NCBI GenBank assembly: GCA_903845055.1
Contig: CAIMWF010000046.1
Coordinates: 11,712 to 75,711, forward strand
Origin: an uncultured Bacteroidales bacterium
GTDB lineage: Bacteria; Bacteroidota; Bacteroidia; Bacteroidales; FEN-979
Reading direction: 5' to 3'
DNA length: 64,000 nt
In this document: positions 45,367-55,396 of the stretch, piece after piece
How positions within the stretch are numbered: the first letter of the stretch is position 1
How the letters are laid out: the number at the start of each line of letters is the position of its first letter
Program-made: the position numbers and the translations under genes
Notes under the pieces: generated by a model
Databases searched by the model: none
Seen by the model: only the letters and a program-made list of their open reading frames with translations
Told to the model about the DNA's origin: nothing

Positions 45367-46167
45367 TTACAGAACATAATCCACTTCCAGGTGGTTCAAT
45401 GTTTTTATTTCTCCCGACCGCAGTTCCAGCATCAACTGACCGAGGCTGTTTACTCCGATGGTCTTCCCCTCAAATTCCATTTCATCTCTTTTAAAGGTAC
45501 GCCATGTTCTGTAACCAAGAAGCCGCCGGTCAAATTCCAGGTCTAGTGTGGAAGACCGACCTGACTTTAAACCTTGATAACGGCGGTCAAGGATCCTGCA
45601 AACCACTGCCAGTGCAACTTTCAGGTTTGTCTCCCGTTTCAGTAATCGGATAAGAGATTCCGGGTTGGGCAAAGAGTCTGAAAATATTAACTGGTTTATA
45701 TTCAGACCTATGCCGACAACAGATGTGTTGAGTGTCATACCCATGATCTTATGTTCAATCAGGATCCCCCCTATTTTCATCAAACCGATGTACAGATCGT
45801 TGGGCCATTTGATGGTAAGATCGGGATGCGGGAACCCGGCAAGCATGACTTCCAGGAAATCAATTGCTGCCAGCGAAATCGCCTTGTTAAGCAGGAACTG
45901 CTGGTCAGCCGGAAGAAAAGCGGGTCGCAGGATGATCGAGAAGGTCAGGTTCTTACCCGGTTCACTCTCCCATGTGTGGTCGTGCTGACCGCGTCCGGCA
46001 AACTGTTCACGTGCCCAGATAACATCGCCATCGGTCACTTTTTTCTGCTGGTATAAAACGTTGGCCCATGCATTGGTCGAGTCAACCCGGTCTATCTCAA
46101 TGATGTTTTTTCCGATCAAGGTTTCAAGAATTTTGGTGTTGTAAGAAGCGCCTCCGGCATTTCGCAT
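45367..46167 (-). CDS. birA: Biotin--[acetyl-CoA-carboxylase] ligase (no N-terminal HTH, group I)
   Basis: Motifs present: IDRVDSTNAWA, GRGQHDHTWESEPGKNLTFS and KWPNDLYIG..KIGGILIE. Confidence 0.85.
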   Translation of the reverse strand: MRNAGGASYNTKILETLIGKNIIEIDRVDSTNAWANVLYQQKKVTDGDVIWAREQFAGRGQHDHTWESEPGKNLTFSIILRPAFLPADQQFLLNKAISLAAIDFLEVMLAGFPHPDLTIKWPNDLYIGLMKIGGILIEHKIMGMTLNTSVVGIGLNINQLIFSDSLPNPESLIRLLKRETNLKVALAVVCRILDRRYQGLKSGRSSTLDLEFDRRLLGYRTWRTFKRDEMEFEGKTIGVNSLGQLMLELRSGEIKTLNHLEVDYVL

Positions 46168-46209
46168 TTCCGCAATATAACGGAGACCCAGCAGTGTTTA
46201 GTGTCGGAT

Positions 46210-46231
46210 GAAAATGCAAAATGTTAAAAAC
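46210..46231. repeat. 7-8-bp-period micro-tandem repeat (GAAAATGC AAAATGTT AAAAAC) in the birA/radC divergent spacer
   Basis: Read directly from the sequence. It belongs to the same AAAATNN(N) unit family as 14568-14592 and the reverse complement of 26257-26287. Confidence 0.7.
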
Positions 46232-46286
46232 TTTTCACTTTTATCCTATTACCTTTTGCGTTTTTTCCGATTAAGCAATAAAAAAC

Positions 46287-46985
46287 ATGGAAAACTACAA
46301 AAATCATATTCCAATCCGAAACTGGGCCGAAGATGACCGCCCAAGGGAAAAATTCCTGCTGAAAGGGCGCCAGAGCCTCAGTGATGCAGAATTGCTTGCC
46401 ATCCTGCTTGGATCGGGAACCCGGCATGAATCGGCGGTTGACCTGGCAATGAAAATCCTGAGAAGTGCCGGAGACAACCTTGCAGAGTTATCCAAAATGA
46501 GTCTCCACGACCTCATTGCCTTAAAGGGCATCGGCCAGGCACGTGCAATGATCATTATGGCTGCCCTGGAGCTAGGCAGAAGGAAAAATGAATCGACTGT
46601 ACTTTGTCGCCAAAGAATCAGTAGAAGCGGCGATGCCTGCGAAATCTTCAGAAGCGCAATGGGCGACCGTCCCTACGAGGAATTCTGGATCATCCTGCTC
46701 AACCGGGCGAACAAGGTGCTCCAGAAATGCAACATCAGCGAAGGTGGCATTTCAGGGACCGTGGTCGACCCGAAGAAAATATTCAAGATCAGCCTCGACC
46801 ACCACGCCTCCTCGATCATCCTTGGGCACAACCATCCGTCGGGAGTTGTGACCCCCAGCGACGCGGATAACCGGATCACGAAAAAGCTCTGCGAGGCCGG
46901 CGCACTGCTCGACATTGCCGTGATCGATCACCTGATCCTCGGGGAAGACAATTACTATAGTTATGCGGATGAAGGAACCCTTTAA
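46287..46985 (+). CDS. radC: RadC-family JAMM/MPN+ domain protein (UPF0758)
   Basis: It has an N-terminal HhH-like region (LSDAELLAILLGSGT...LIALKGIGQARA) and the JAMM motif ILGHNHPSG....PS..D. Confidence 0.88.
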   Translation: MENYKNHIPIRNWAEDDRPREKFLLKGRQSLSDAELLAILLGSGTRHESAVDLAMKILRSAGDNLAELSKMSLHDLIALKGIGQARAMIIMAALELGRRKNESTVLCRQRISRSGDACEIFRSAMGDRPYEEFWIILLNRANKVLQKCNISEGGISGTVVDPKKIFKISLDHHASSIILGHNHPSGVVTPSDADNRITKKLCEAGALLDIAVIDHLILGEDNYYSYADEGTL

Positions 46986-46987
46986 TC

Positions 46988-47007
46988 AATTAAAAATTAA
47001 AAATTAC
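46988..47007. repeat. 7-bp-period micro-tandem repeat (A ATTAAAA ATTAAAA ATTAC) between convergent radC and the deacetylase gene
   Basis: Read directly from the sequence. It starts 3 nt after the radC stop codon. Confidence 0.7.
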
Positions 47008-47059
47008 TAGTTACGGGCCTGGTTCCGGAGGCTGGGCGTCATTCACCATTCAAGATTAT

Positions 47060-47683
47060 TCAGGCCGGATCATCCAGGCGGGCGAAACGATAGCCGAGTT
47101 TGCTGAAATGTTCAAGGAACTTTGGCAGGGCATATTGAAGGTTGACAATTGCCTTGATGTTGTCGTGGAAAACCACGATGGAACCGTTATGGGTATGATC
47201 AAGGGTATTCTGCAGGCATTGTGGGGGGCTGGTCCTGCGGTCAAAATCACAGGAAAGGACCGACCACAGGATAATCCGGTAATCCTTTCGCAGCAGGAAA
47301 AACTGGGATGGGGTGATGCGGCCGTATGGAGGACGGAAAAGCGAACTTTTTACCAGGGAACTGCACCGCATCACATCGTCGGCATATGCTCCCGGCGCGG
47401 TTATCCACCCATTCAGGTGGTGGTAGGTATGATTTCCGGCGGCATGCCCGGAAAGAAGTATCTGTTCAAATATCCCCGGATACTTCCTGACATTGTCGCC
47501 AACAACAAAGAATGTTGCCGCGGCTCCATATTCGCCGAGAATGGAAAGTACCCCCGGGGTGACTTCCGGGATGGGCCCGTCGTCAAACGTCAGGTAAATC
47601 ACCTTCTCCGGCCCGGGAAGATCACAAACAAGATGTTCCGGACTCAACCACCTGTAAAAAAACGGCGGAGTTACAGATATCAT
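47060..47683 (-). CDS. Polysaccharide deacetylase (NodB homology domain, CE4)
   Basis: Motifs present: LTFDDGP, FFVVG and GNHTYHH. Its ATG overlaps the upstream gene's stop (ATGA at 47680-47683). Confidence 0.85.
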   Translation of the reverse strand: MISVTPPFFYRWLSPEHLVCDLPGPEKVIYLTFDDGPIPEVTPGVLSILGEYGAAATFFVVGDNVRKYPGIFEQILLSGHAAGNHTYHHLNGWITAPGAYADDVMRCSSLVKSSLFRPPYGRITPSQFFLLRKDYRIILWSVLSCDFDRRTSPPQCLQNTLDHTHNGSIVVFHDNIKAIVNLQYALPKFLEHFSKLGYRFARLDDPA

Positions 47684-50600
47684 TGGTTCGCAGGTTGATA
47701 GACCTTGTCAATATACAGGTTGTAATATTTTTTCATGGCAGCATCCGTCACCGCCGCCTCCTTCTCCTGTTTTGCATCCGTTTGGGCCACCCCAAGGCGC
47801 TGAAGGGTAAACACCGCTTCCTGGATATTAATATCCATCGCTTTCAGGTCGGCATCGGGGAACGAAAAGTAATAAGCCAGCTGGCTGGTCATGTTGCTCC
47901 TGACCTTTGTAGCCAGGGTATTGGCCCTGCCGGTTGCACCGGTCTTATAATAATCATCAATGAGCGGCACGGTAAAGAAATCGTAGCTCACAGCCGATTC
48001 AGGCAACACCTCAAAACAACGGTCGGCGACGCGACGGGCCGAATCCAGTTTCCCCTCTTTGACCAGGGCATCGGCAAGCCTGCCGAAAAGCCCCCTGAAA
48101 TTCATGACCATCCGGGCATTGGTCTCATCGATGTAAACTTTGGGATCGTTCATGTTTCCCCATTTGAACCTGTTCATCACATTCTCATACATCACGGCGG
48201 TATTCACTTCGCCGGTCTGACCGTCGCCGGTGATTGCTTTTACAGGTAGCAGACGGTATGCAAGCCCTTCCAGGTGAAAATACTTCTCCAGCCCGATGTA
48301 GGCATCGGTGCCTGTAGTCATTACAAAGTAAACCGGGCGTTTCCAGTTGTTGGTAGCGAGCAGGTCGAGGACCATCAGGTTTGCCTTTTCAACAGCATGT
48401 GCCTTGATCTCCCAGCGGACCGTATCGAGGCGGCCAGCCATGGATGGCGGAATGGCTCCTTCACGAAGGATTGAAGCAGGGTCACAGGTGACCATGAACT
48501 TCTTCGTTGGGAAATAATCGATCATTCCTGCCTGCTGTGTATTCATTTTCAGTTTGGTGTCATCCTGTGAGAGAATGCCGAACAAAGCCTTCACATCCAC
48601 ATATGTATTTTTAAGCCCCTCGTCTTCAATAAGATAAGTAACATCATGAGATCCCTGGCGGTATTTGTCATGGGGCAGTGAGAAGGGCACCGGGTCGGAA
48701 TTGTAAGCTTTCCGTTTCATTTGGTCGATATACCATTCGGTGTTGAGCAGGCTCAGGTTTACCACGCGCACGTCGGTCCTGAATCCTTCTACCTCCTGGG
48801 CATACCAGAGCGGGAAAGTGTCGTTATCGCCATTGGTAAAGAGAATCGCACCGGGGGCACATGAGTTGAGATAGTTTTCGGCAACGGCCAGGGAAGTATA
48901 ACGGTTTGACCGGTCATGATCATTCCATCCCTGTTGAGCCATCACTGAAACCACACAAAGCCCGAAAACAAGCGAAATTGCAAGTGCAATATTTTTCCCG
49001 GTAAGCCTGCCAAGCCAGCGTACCAGCTGGATGATGCCCAGCCCGATCCATATCGCAAAGGCATAAAAAGAACCCGCAAAGGAATAATCCCTTTCACGCG
49101 GCTGCGGTGAATGGGAGTTCAGGTATAAAACGATGGCAATCCCGGTCATAAAAAAGAGCAGGAAGATGACCCACGCGTTTTGTTTGTCATTCCTGACGGT
49201 AAAATACAAACCGATCAACCCGAGCAGCAGGGGCAGGAAATAAAAGCTGTTGTCTCCCTTGCTTTTGCGGCTTTCAGGGATGTCCTGGGAACCCAGCCGC
49301 ATGCTGTCGATAAATCCGATACCACTCTTCCAGTTCCCGTCGATCTTGTTACCAAGTCCCTGGGTGTCATTCTGTTTTCCGGTAAAATTCCACATGAAAT
49401 ACCGGTAATACATGTGGACCAGCTGGTAATTCCAGAAAAAGGCCAGGTTCTCGGAGAAGGTCGGGACGTTCCGGGTTTCATTTCGCTCGCCCGTTTGTAA
49501 TTCGATCGGAACGCCTTTCACATGGCCCCAACGGATATATTCCGATTCAAACCGTGATTCGGACTGGTCCCACATACGCGGGAAAATGGTGGTAAAACGG
49601 CTGTCGTAAACAGGAATAGACTTTTCACGTTTGTCGGTAATGACATATTTCCCTGATTTGAGATCTTTCGCATACACCGGGTTGCCGTCGGTCCGGTCAA
49701 CCACGGGGGCATTGTAATAGGGCCCGCTGAGTAGCGGCCAGTCACCATATTGTTCCCGGTTGAGGTAGGCGAGCAGGTACATTGCATTTTCGGGGTTGTT
49801 CTCGTCGAGGGGCGGATTGGCATTGCTGCGGATCACAAGCATCAGGAACGAGGAATAACCGATTACGATAAAAGTGAAGGCAAGGATGATGGCATTCCAC
49901 ACCGGTTTGTCCTTTTTCCGGGTATAAAATAGGCCCCAAATGATGAGCCCGACCAGGAAAATACCATAGATGACCGTTCCGAAATTGAACGGGAGGCCAA
50001 CGAAATTGACAAAAAAGAGTTCGAACAACCCTGCCAGTTTGATGATCCATGGGATGATCAGGTACATCACGATCGCCAGAATCACGATGGACAGAACAGC
50101 GGTGACCGCAAATCCCGTCCAGGTAGGTTTCGGATATTTTTTAAAGTAATAGACAAAGGTGATTGCAGGAATTGCCAGGAGGTTCAGCAGGTGGACCCCG
50201 ATGGAAAGTCCCATCAGGTAAGCGATGAGGATCAGCCAGCGGTAAGCGTTTTTCTCATCCGCCTGTTCCTCCCATTTAAAAATTCCCCAGACGACAATGG
50301 CAGTAAAGAAGGATGACATTGCATAGACCTCCCCTTCCACGGCAGAAAACCAGAAAGAGTCGGTGAAGGTGTAGGCCAGCGAGCCTACAAGGCCTGCTCC
50401 CATGATCGTCCAGAGGCTGAACGGGGTCATTTCGCCCCTGCGGGTAACAATTTTTTTTGAAATCAGGGTGATGGTCCAGAACAGGAAGAGGATCGTAAAC
50501 CCGCTGGCAAGCGCCGACATGGTATTGACCATCCGGGCCACATGGGCGAGGTTGCCGAAGGCAAAAAGCGAAAAGAACCGTCCGATCATCTGGAAAAGGG

Positions 50601-50763
50601 GCGCCCCCGGCGGATGTCCCACCTCCAGTTTGAAGGCAGTGGAGATATACTCCCCGCAATCCCAGTAACTCATCGTGGGTTCGGAAGTCAGGATATAGAC
50701 TGCCGATGCAATAACGAACACCGCCCAGCCGAGGATGTTGTTGATCTTTTTATAACGCGTCAT
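47680..50763 (-). CDS. DUF2723 / GT117-like large polytopic membrane protein (putative glycosyltransferase)
   Basis: The N-terminal region DCGEYISTAFKLEVGHPPGAPLFQMIGRFF is characteristic of DUF2723 proteins. About 12 TM helices are followed by a ~450 aa soluble helical C-terminal region. Confidence 0.7.
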   Translation of the reverse strand: MTRYKKINNILGWAVFVIASAVYILTSEPTMSYWDCGEYISTAFKLEVGHPPGAPLFQMIGRFFSLFAFGNLAHVARMVNTMSALASGFTILFLFWTITLISKKIVTRRGEMTPFSLWTIMGAGLVGSLAYTFTDSFWFSAVEGEVYAMSSFFTAIVVWGIFKWEEQADEKNAYRWLILIAYLMGLSIGVHLLNLLAIPAITFVYYFKKYPKPTWTGFAVTAVLSIVILAIVMYLIIPWIIKLAGLFELFFVNFVGLPFNFGTVIYGIFLVGLIIWGLFYTRKKDKPVWNAIILAFTFIVIGYSSFLMLVIRSNANPPLDENNPENAMYLLAYLNREQYGDWPLLSGPYYNAPVVDRTDGNPVYAKDLKSGKYVITDKREKSIPVYDSRFTTIFPRMWDQSESRFESEYIRWGHVKGVPIELQTGERNETRNVPTFSENLAFFWNYQLVHMYYRYFMWNFTGKQNDTQGLGNKIDGNWKSGIGFIDSMRLGSQDIPESRKSKGDNSFYFLPLLLGLIGLYFTVRNDKQNAWVIFLLFFMTGIAIVLYLNSHSPQPRERDYSFAGSFYAFAIWIGLGIIQLVRWLGRLTGKNIALAISLVFGLCVVSVMAQQGWNDHDRSNRYTSLAVAENYLNSCAPGAILFTNGDNDTFPLWYAQEVEGFRTDVRVVNLSLLNTEWYIDQMKRKAYNSDPVPFSLPHDKYRQGSHDVTYLIEDEGLKNTYVDVKALFGILSQDDTKLKMNTQQAGMIDYFPTKKFMVTCDPASILREGAIPPSMAGRLDTVRWEIKAHAVEKANLMVLDLLATNNWKRPVYFVMTTGTDAYIGLEKYFHLEGLAYRLLPVKAITGDGQTGEVNTAVMYENVMNRFKWGNMNDPKVYIDETNARMVMNFRGLFGRLADALVKEGKLDSARRVADRCFEVLPESAVSYDFFTVPLIDDYYKTGATGRANTLATKVRSNMTSQLAYYFSFPDADLKAMDINIQEAVFTLQRLGVAQTDAKQEKEAAVTDAAMKKYYNLYIDKVYQPANQ

Positions 50764-50814
50764 GAAACATGGCTTTGAAGCCTCGCAAAGGTAGGAAAAA
50801 TAGAGACTATTTTG

Positions 50815-50822
50815 TATTTTTG
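50815..50822 (+). promoter_or_regulatory. Bacteroidota-type -7 promoter box (TATTTTTG) upstream of gpmA
   Basis: This is an exact TAnnTTTG match 25 nt upstream of ATG 50847. Confidence 0.45.
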
Positions 50823-50846
50823 CCCGGTATTGAAAAATCCAGAAAC

Positions 50847-51593
50847 ATGAACAAACTCGTATTGATTCGCCATGGTGAGAGCACCTGGAACAAAGAAAAC
50901 CGTTTTACCGGATGGACGGATGTTGACTTGTCGGAACGCGGCATCAAAGAGGCCATCGAAGCAGGCAGGATACTGAAGCAGGAAGGTTTCGAATTCAAGA
51001 TTGCCTTTACCAGCTATCTTACACGCGCCCTGCGTACGCTGTGGCTGGTGCTGGAACAGATGGACCTCCAGTGGATTCCCGTGGAGAAAACCTGGCGGCT
51101 GAACGAAAAACATTACGGCGTACTCCAGGGGCTGAACAAATCGGAGATGGCCGAAAAATATGGAGATGAACAGGTGCTGATCTGGCGCCGCAGCTATGAT
51201 GTGAGGCCACCGGCGCTCGCCCTTGACGATCCACGGCACCCCAGGTTCGACCATCGCTATCATGACCTTGATCCGGCGGATATCCCGGCAACTGAGGCCC
51301 TGAAAGATACCGTTGAGCGGATTGTACCCTACTGGAAAAACCAGATGGAACCTGCGCTTGCCAAACATAAACAAATCGTAGTAGCCGCCCATGGCAATAG
51401 CCTGAGGGGAATCCTTAAGTATCTTAAGAATATTTCCGACCAGGATATTGTCGGTATCAACCTCCCCACCGGAATCCCTTATGTTTTTGAATTCGACGAC
51501 CAGATGAAACTGCAGAAAGATTATTTCCTGGGAGATCCGGAGGTGATTAAAAAACTGATGGACGAGGTAGCCAACCAGGGGAAGAAAAAATGA
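50847..51593 (+). CDS. gpmA: 2,3-bisphosphoglycerate-dependent phosphoglycerate mutase
   Basis: I moved the start to ATG 50847 ([23 protein letters not shown], the RHGE motif). Downstream are ERHYG-like NEKHYG and AAHGNSLR. The product is 248 aa. Confidence 0.92.
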   Translation: MNKLVLIRHGESTWNKENRFTGWTDVDLSERGIKEAIEAGRILKQEGFEFKIAFTSYLTRALRTLWLVLEQMDLQWIPVEKTWRLNEKHYGVLQGLNKSEMAEKYGDEQVLIWRRSYDVRPPALALDDPRHPRFDHRYHDLDPADIPATEALKDTVERIVPYWKNQMEPALAKHKQIVVAAHGNSLRGILKYLKNISDQDIVGINLPTGIPYVFEFDDQMKLQKDYFLGDPEVIKKLMDEVANQGKKK

Positions 51594-51649
51594 TCCTTCC
51601 CTGCATCTTCCCTGAACAGGGCGAGGGTGCCGGGACTTAAAAAACCAAT

Positions 51650-52366
51650 ATGGCAAAGCGCTGGGTAATTCCCGACATCCACGGATGTATCAAAACAGTT
51701 CAATCTATGGTCAACGATCTCATCAGGCCGATGCGCTCGGATGAGATTTATTTTTTAGGGGACTATGTCGACCGCGGTCCCGGTTCAAAAGAGGTGATTG
51801 ATTTTATCAGGTCGATGCAGAGGGATGGATACAATGTCACTGCCCTGAAGGGGAACCATGAGGATTTCATGGTTGAACTTTACGACGCAGAAAAGAAATC
51901 GCTGAGTTCGTGGTGGTATAACTTCGGCAATAAAAAGCACAAAACCTGGCTTGATATCGGGGGAAAACCAACCCTTGCGAGTTTTGGCGTTGCCCATATC
52001 CGTGATGTACCCGAAGATTATATCGACTGGATGCGTAATCTTCCTCATTTCGTCGAACTGGATCAATTTGTACTTGTCCATGCCGGGCTGAATTTCAGGA
52101 ACGAAGATCCCTACGAAGATAAGCGGTCGATGCTATGGCTGCGCGATTACGAAATAAAACCCGAAAAGATAGGCGGGCGGCGCATCATCCACGGACACGT
52201 ACCGGTGAACATGGAACTAATCACCCTGGCCGTCAAAAACAAAATCTACAAGTTCATCGATCTTGACAATGGGCCCTATATTTCAGGAAAAGACGGGTAT
52301 GGCAACCTGGTTGCGCTGGAAATCAATAGCATGGAGCTGGTCATCCAGTATAATATGGACCTTTGA
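51650..52366 (+). CDS. Metallophosphoesterase (PPP-family Ser/Thr phosphatase / ApaH-like)
   Basis: Motifs present: VIPDIHGC, GDYVDRGP, GNHE, VHAG and HGH. Confidence 0.8.
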   Translation: MAKRWVIPDIHGCIKTVQSMVNDLIRPMRSDEIYFLGDYVDRGPGSKEVIDFIRSMQRDGYNVTALKGNHEDFMVELYDAEKKSLSSWWYNFGNKKHKTWLDIGGKPTLASFGVAHIRDVPEDYIDWMRNLPHFVELDQFVLVHAGLNFRNEDPYEDKRSMLWLRDYEIKPEKIGGRRIIHGHVPVNMELITLAVKNKIYKFIDLDNGPYISGKDGYGNLVALEINSMELVIQYNMDL

Positions 52367-52391
52367 AAAAAATACAGTTAATGCATTGTCT

Positions 52392-53684
52392 TCATTTTTT
52401 TTCATTCATTTTTATTAAGGCTTCCTTCAGCTTTTCTTCAACAGGCAGGTAGTTGAAATCGCGCCAGAAAACCCGGTCTTCTTTTCCAACAACCTGGTCC
52501 CAGCGCTGGTTTACCCCGGTGGATTTATCTCCCCTGAAGTTTTTAATCTTCTCCTCATCCCTTGAGGCGTCTGTCACCACGACGTCGTTCCGGTAGTCAT
52601 ACCTGATGGTTTTCCCGGTTGCCGGATTTTTAAAGGTCATCCAGTTATCGCTCCGGATGGTGCTGAGATAATAGTTGCCATTCCTGGCCGACCAGGTGGT
52701 GGTCCAGTCCATCAGCGGCATCTCCTCATACCATCCCGGCGTACCCCCGATGAAGTATGGCCGTTTGTATTTTTGTCTTTCATATGGTTCGAATGCCTCA
52801 AAACTGGGCTTCTGGGCGATTTTCAGCAGGGCGAAATCGGCAGCGTTGACAAAAATCTCCCCTTTCCACAAGGTCTCCTTTACCCCTTTTCTCTGGTCAA
52901 ACCAGATATGGTAAAGCTTTCCGCCTTCGGGCCTCGACAATTCTTCCATCCTGAATGAGTATGAGGAAAAAAGTTTTTCATCCAGTACCGTATGATGATA
53001 GAATTCAACGAAATCGTTGATGAAATTGCATCCAAGACAGCCGGCACTTTTCCCTAGGTCGCCGATGGCATTGACAAGGCTTGTGTCGGAAACCACCCGC
53101 CCTTTAAGGAGCAGCGGGACATTTGACTGTTCATGACGTTCCTTTTCATTTCTCCTGTCATATGCCGTATATCCGGCCTTCATATCTTCGATGATCGCTT
53201 CGGTATATTCGGCAAGCCGGTTATTGAGGAATTTCCTTGACCGTATAAACGCGGTAAGAATTACGGGTGTGGAACCGTAATTTGCAGGGATATGAAGCAC
53301 CACCTGGCGGATCACCTCTTCAGGCGTCAGGGACTTTATCTCAACCTCCGACAAATCGATTGCCTTCGGTTTCAGCCTGAACGCCAATGCCGATACGGAT
53401 GTCGCAGGGATTTCTACCCTGGCAGTCACATACCCAAGGTAGGCAACCAGGAGGGTATCATGCGCCCGTCTTCCCGGTAGGTTCAACTGGAAGACACCGT
53501 CATCGTTGGAAACGGTTCCCGTGGTGCTGTTCTGAACCGAAACCTGTGCAAATGGCAGTCCTTTCCCTGTGACCGAGTCGGTAATGATCCCGCTCAGGGT
53601 CACCGTTTCCTGCGACATCATCGGGCAGACCCGGAGTGTAAGGAACACCATTAACATAGCCGATAGCCAGCCGGTAATTTTCAT
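52392..53684 (-). CDS. Exported carboxypeptidase-regulatory-like (CarboxypepD_reg) domain protein
   Basis: I set the start at ATG 53684, giving a signal peptide MKITGWLSAMLMVFLTLRVCPMMSQ. It then has VTLSGIITDSVTGKGLPFAQVSVQNSTTGTVSNDDGVFQL, typical of the CarboxypepD_reg fold. The remainder is unassigned. Confidence 0.65.
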   Translation of the reverse strand: MKITGWLSAMLMVFLTLRVCPMMSQETVTLSGIITDSVTGKGLPFAQVSVQNSTTGTVSNDDGVFQLNLPGRRAHDTLLVAYLGYVTARVEIPATSVSALAFRLKPKAIDLSEVEIKSLTPEEVIRQVVLHIPANYGSTPVILTAFIRSRKFLNNRLAEYTEAIIEDMKAGYTAYDRRNEKERHEQSNVPLLLKGRVVSDTSLVNAIGDLGKSAGCLGCNFINDFVEFYHHTVLDEKLFSSYSFRMEELSRPEGGKLYHIWFDQRKGVKETLWKGEIFVNAADFALLKIAQKPSFEAFEPYERQKYKRPYFIGGTPGWYEEMPLMDWTTTWSARNGNYYLSTIRSDNWMTFKNPATGKTIRYDYRNDVVVTDASRDEEKIKNFRGDKSTGVNQRWDQVVGKEDRVFWRDFNYLPVEEKLKEALIKMNEKK

Positions 53685-53740
53685 AAATTGAAGTTTTAAC
53701 CTGCAACCAGGTTGAAATGCCAAGGATGGTCAATATAACA

Positions 53741-54712
53741 TCATTTACCTTTCCAGCGTTCGTTTGCCCATGCCTGCTGCCGTTCGCGGTCGAGGAAAGT
53801 CCATGCAACGATCCTTCCCGACTTGGTGCCCTGTCCAACAGGGATGGTTTTGATCCCCGTTGCCTCCAATTTGTCGAGCGTCTCATATACGGGTTTCAGG
53901 TGCGATTGTTTTGAAATCAGTGCGGAGAACCAGAAACACGTTTCGGCGAAAAACTTGCTCTGCCGCACCATATCCTTCACAAACCGTTCCTCCCCGCCCT
54001 TGCACCAGAGTTCACTGCCCTGTCCCCCGAAGTTCCTGACAGGGACGGTGGTTCTTCCAGGGTTCAGGTTGTTCAGTTTCCTGAGGGTCCCCGATTGCGC
54101 TTCAGCAAGGGAGGCATGGAATGGCGGATTGCAGATGGCCAGGTCGATGACCTCCTCCTTTTGGAGTATCCCGAAAAAAATATCGTTTGGCTGATCCTGG
54201 AGCCTAATTTCAATTTTACCGGCGAGGACAGGATTTGCTGCAACTATCTTCTCGGCCGAAACAATGGCCACAGGGTCCGTTTCTGAGCCGATGAACGACC
54301 AGCCATATTCCAGCGTACCGATCATCGGGTAAATGCAATTGGCCCCGACCCCGATATCAAGGCACCTGATACCCGGGCCGGTCGGGATCACGCCAAAGTT
54401 CTTGCTGCATAGCAGGTCGGCCATGTGGTGGATGTAATCGGCCCTGCCCGGGATGGGCGGACAAAGGTATCCCTCCGGGATATCCCAGCTGCCAATGTTG
54501 TAAAAATGCATCAGCAGTGCCCGGTTCAGCATCATCACGGCTTCGGGATCGGAGAAATCGATGGATTCGTCGTTGTATACATTCAGCCTGACAAACGGCA
54601 GCAGGGCCGGGCAGGTATCGGTAAGCTTCCTGAAATCATAGCGTTCGCGGTGCCTGTTCCGCGGGTGCAACCTCGCTTTTTCCTTCGGATGTTCCCTCTT
54701 CTCTTTGAGCAT
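53741..54712 (-). CDS. rlmF: 23S rRNA (adenine1618-N6)-methyltransferase
   Basis: It has LHPRNRHRERYDF..L....P.L..FV, typical of the RlmF/YbiN N-terminus, LDIGVGANCIYP (SAM motif) and the catalytic ICNPPFH. I set the start at ATG 54712 (MLKEKREHP), giving 323 aa. Confidence 0.85.
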   Translation of the reverse strand: MLKEKREHPKEKARLHPRNRHRERYDFRKLTDTCPALLPFVRLNVYNDESIDFSDPEAVMMLNRALLMHFYNIGSWDIPEGYLCPPIPGRADYIHHMADLLCSKNFGVIPTGPGIRCLDIGVGANCIYPMIGTLEYGWSFIGSETDPVAIVSAEKIVAANPVLAGKIEIRLQDQPNDIFFGILQKEEVIDLAICNPPFHASLAEAQSGTLRKLNNLNPGRTTVPVRNFGGQGSELWCKGGEERFVKDMVRQSKFFAETCFWFSALISKQSHLKPVYETLDKLEATGIKTIPVGQGTKSGRIVAWTFLDRERQQAWANERWKGK

Positions 54713-54832
54713 GCAACTTGGCTTTATTTCCAATATCGTCCGAAGGTACAAATAATTCTTAAAACCGGGGAGCCCGGCCGGTGGGCCCCCGGTTTGCCGG
54801 GAATTTTTAACTGGCGAAACCATGAAACCAGT

Positions 54833-55396
54833 TTAATCTTCCAGCAGCAGAGGTTTGATCGCTGATTCATCCACCAGCGTCAGCAGGTTGGTCGTAAGGT
54901 TCTCACGTGTACCGAAATACGACTGGACAATCTCCTTGGCCACCATGGTCGGCCCGGTGGTCATGGTTGCCCTGAAGGATGAAAACCTGTAATTCGCGGG
55001 GTGTTCAATAGCGCCATGCCGCCAGGGATTCTGGTTCACGTACCTAATCATCTCCAGCAACCCCGGGGTTGTCCGGATCTCTTTGCGCTTCAACTTGAAT
55101 TTGAAAAGTTTCCCATCTTTTTCATTGTGCCTGTTATGGCCTTTTGAATAGCTGTTAAAGAGCAGGGCAAAGGGTTTGTAAAGACTTCCGGCAGCATCCT
55201 CGCGGATCCGGATGAGAAAATGCAGGTGATCGCTCAGCAGGCAGTAGGCATAGGTTTCCGCGATGGGACAAATATGCGCCTGGTAAAGTTTCAGGAAGAA
55301 GCGGCAGGCCTCCTCGTCTTCAAACAGCGGATCGCCGTTTTTGGCCCGGTTGTATATGTGATAATACTTTCCCGGTTCAAGCAGTGTCGTTTTCAT
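54833..55396 (-). mobile_element. IS200/IS605-like Y1 (HUH) transposase homologue, RAYT-like, solitary
   Basis: Features present: YHIYNRAKNGDPLFEDEE, YCLLSDHLHFLIR (HUH motif H-L-H) and IRYVNQNPWRHG (Tyr-containing C-terminal helix). The protein is 187 aa. No tnpB gene or terminal hairpins were recognised nearby. Confidence 0.65.

Noticed and set aside
13141-47007. Possibility that the 7-8-bp micro-repeats are CRISPR arrays or REP elements
   Set aside because: The units are only 7-8 bp and are directly adjacent with no spacers. They are not palindromic, and no cas genes are present. They do not fit CRISPR or classical REP definitions.
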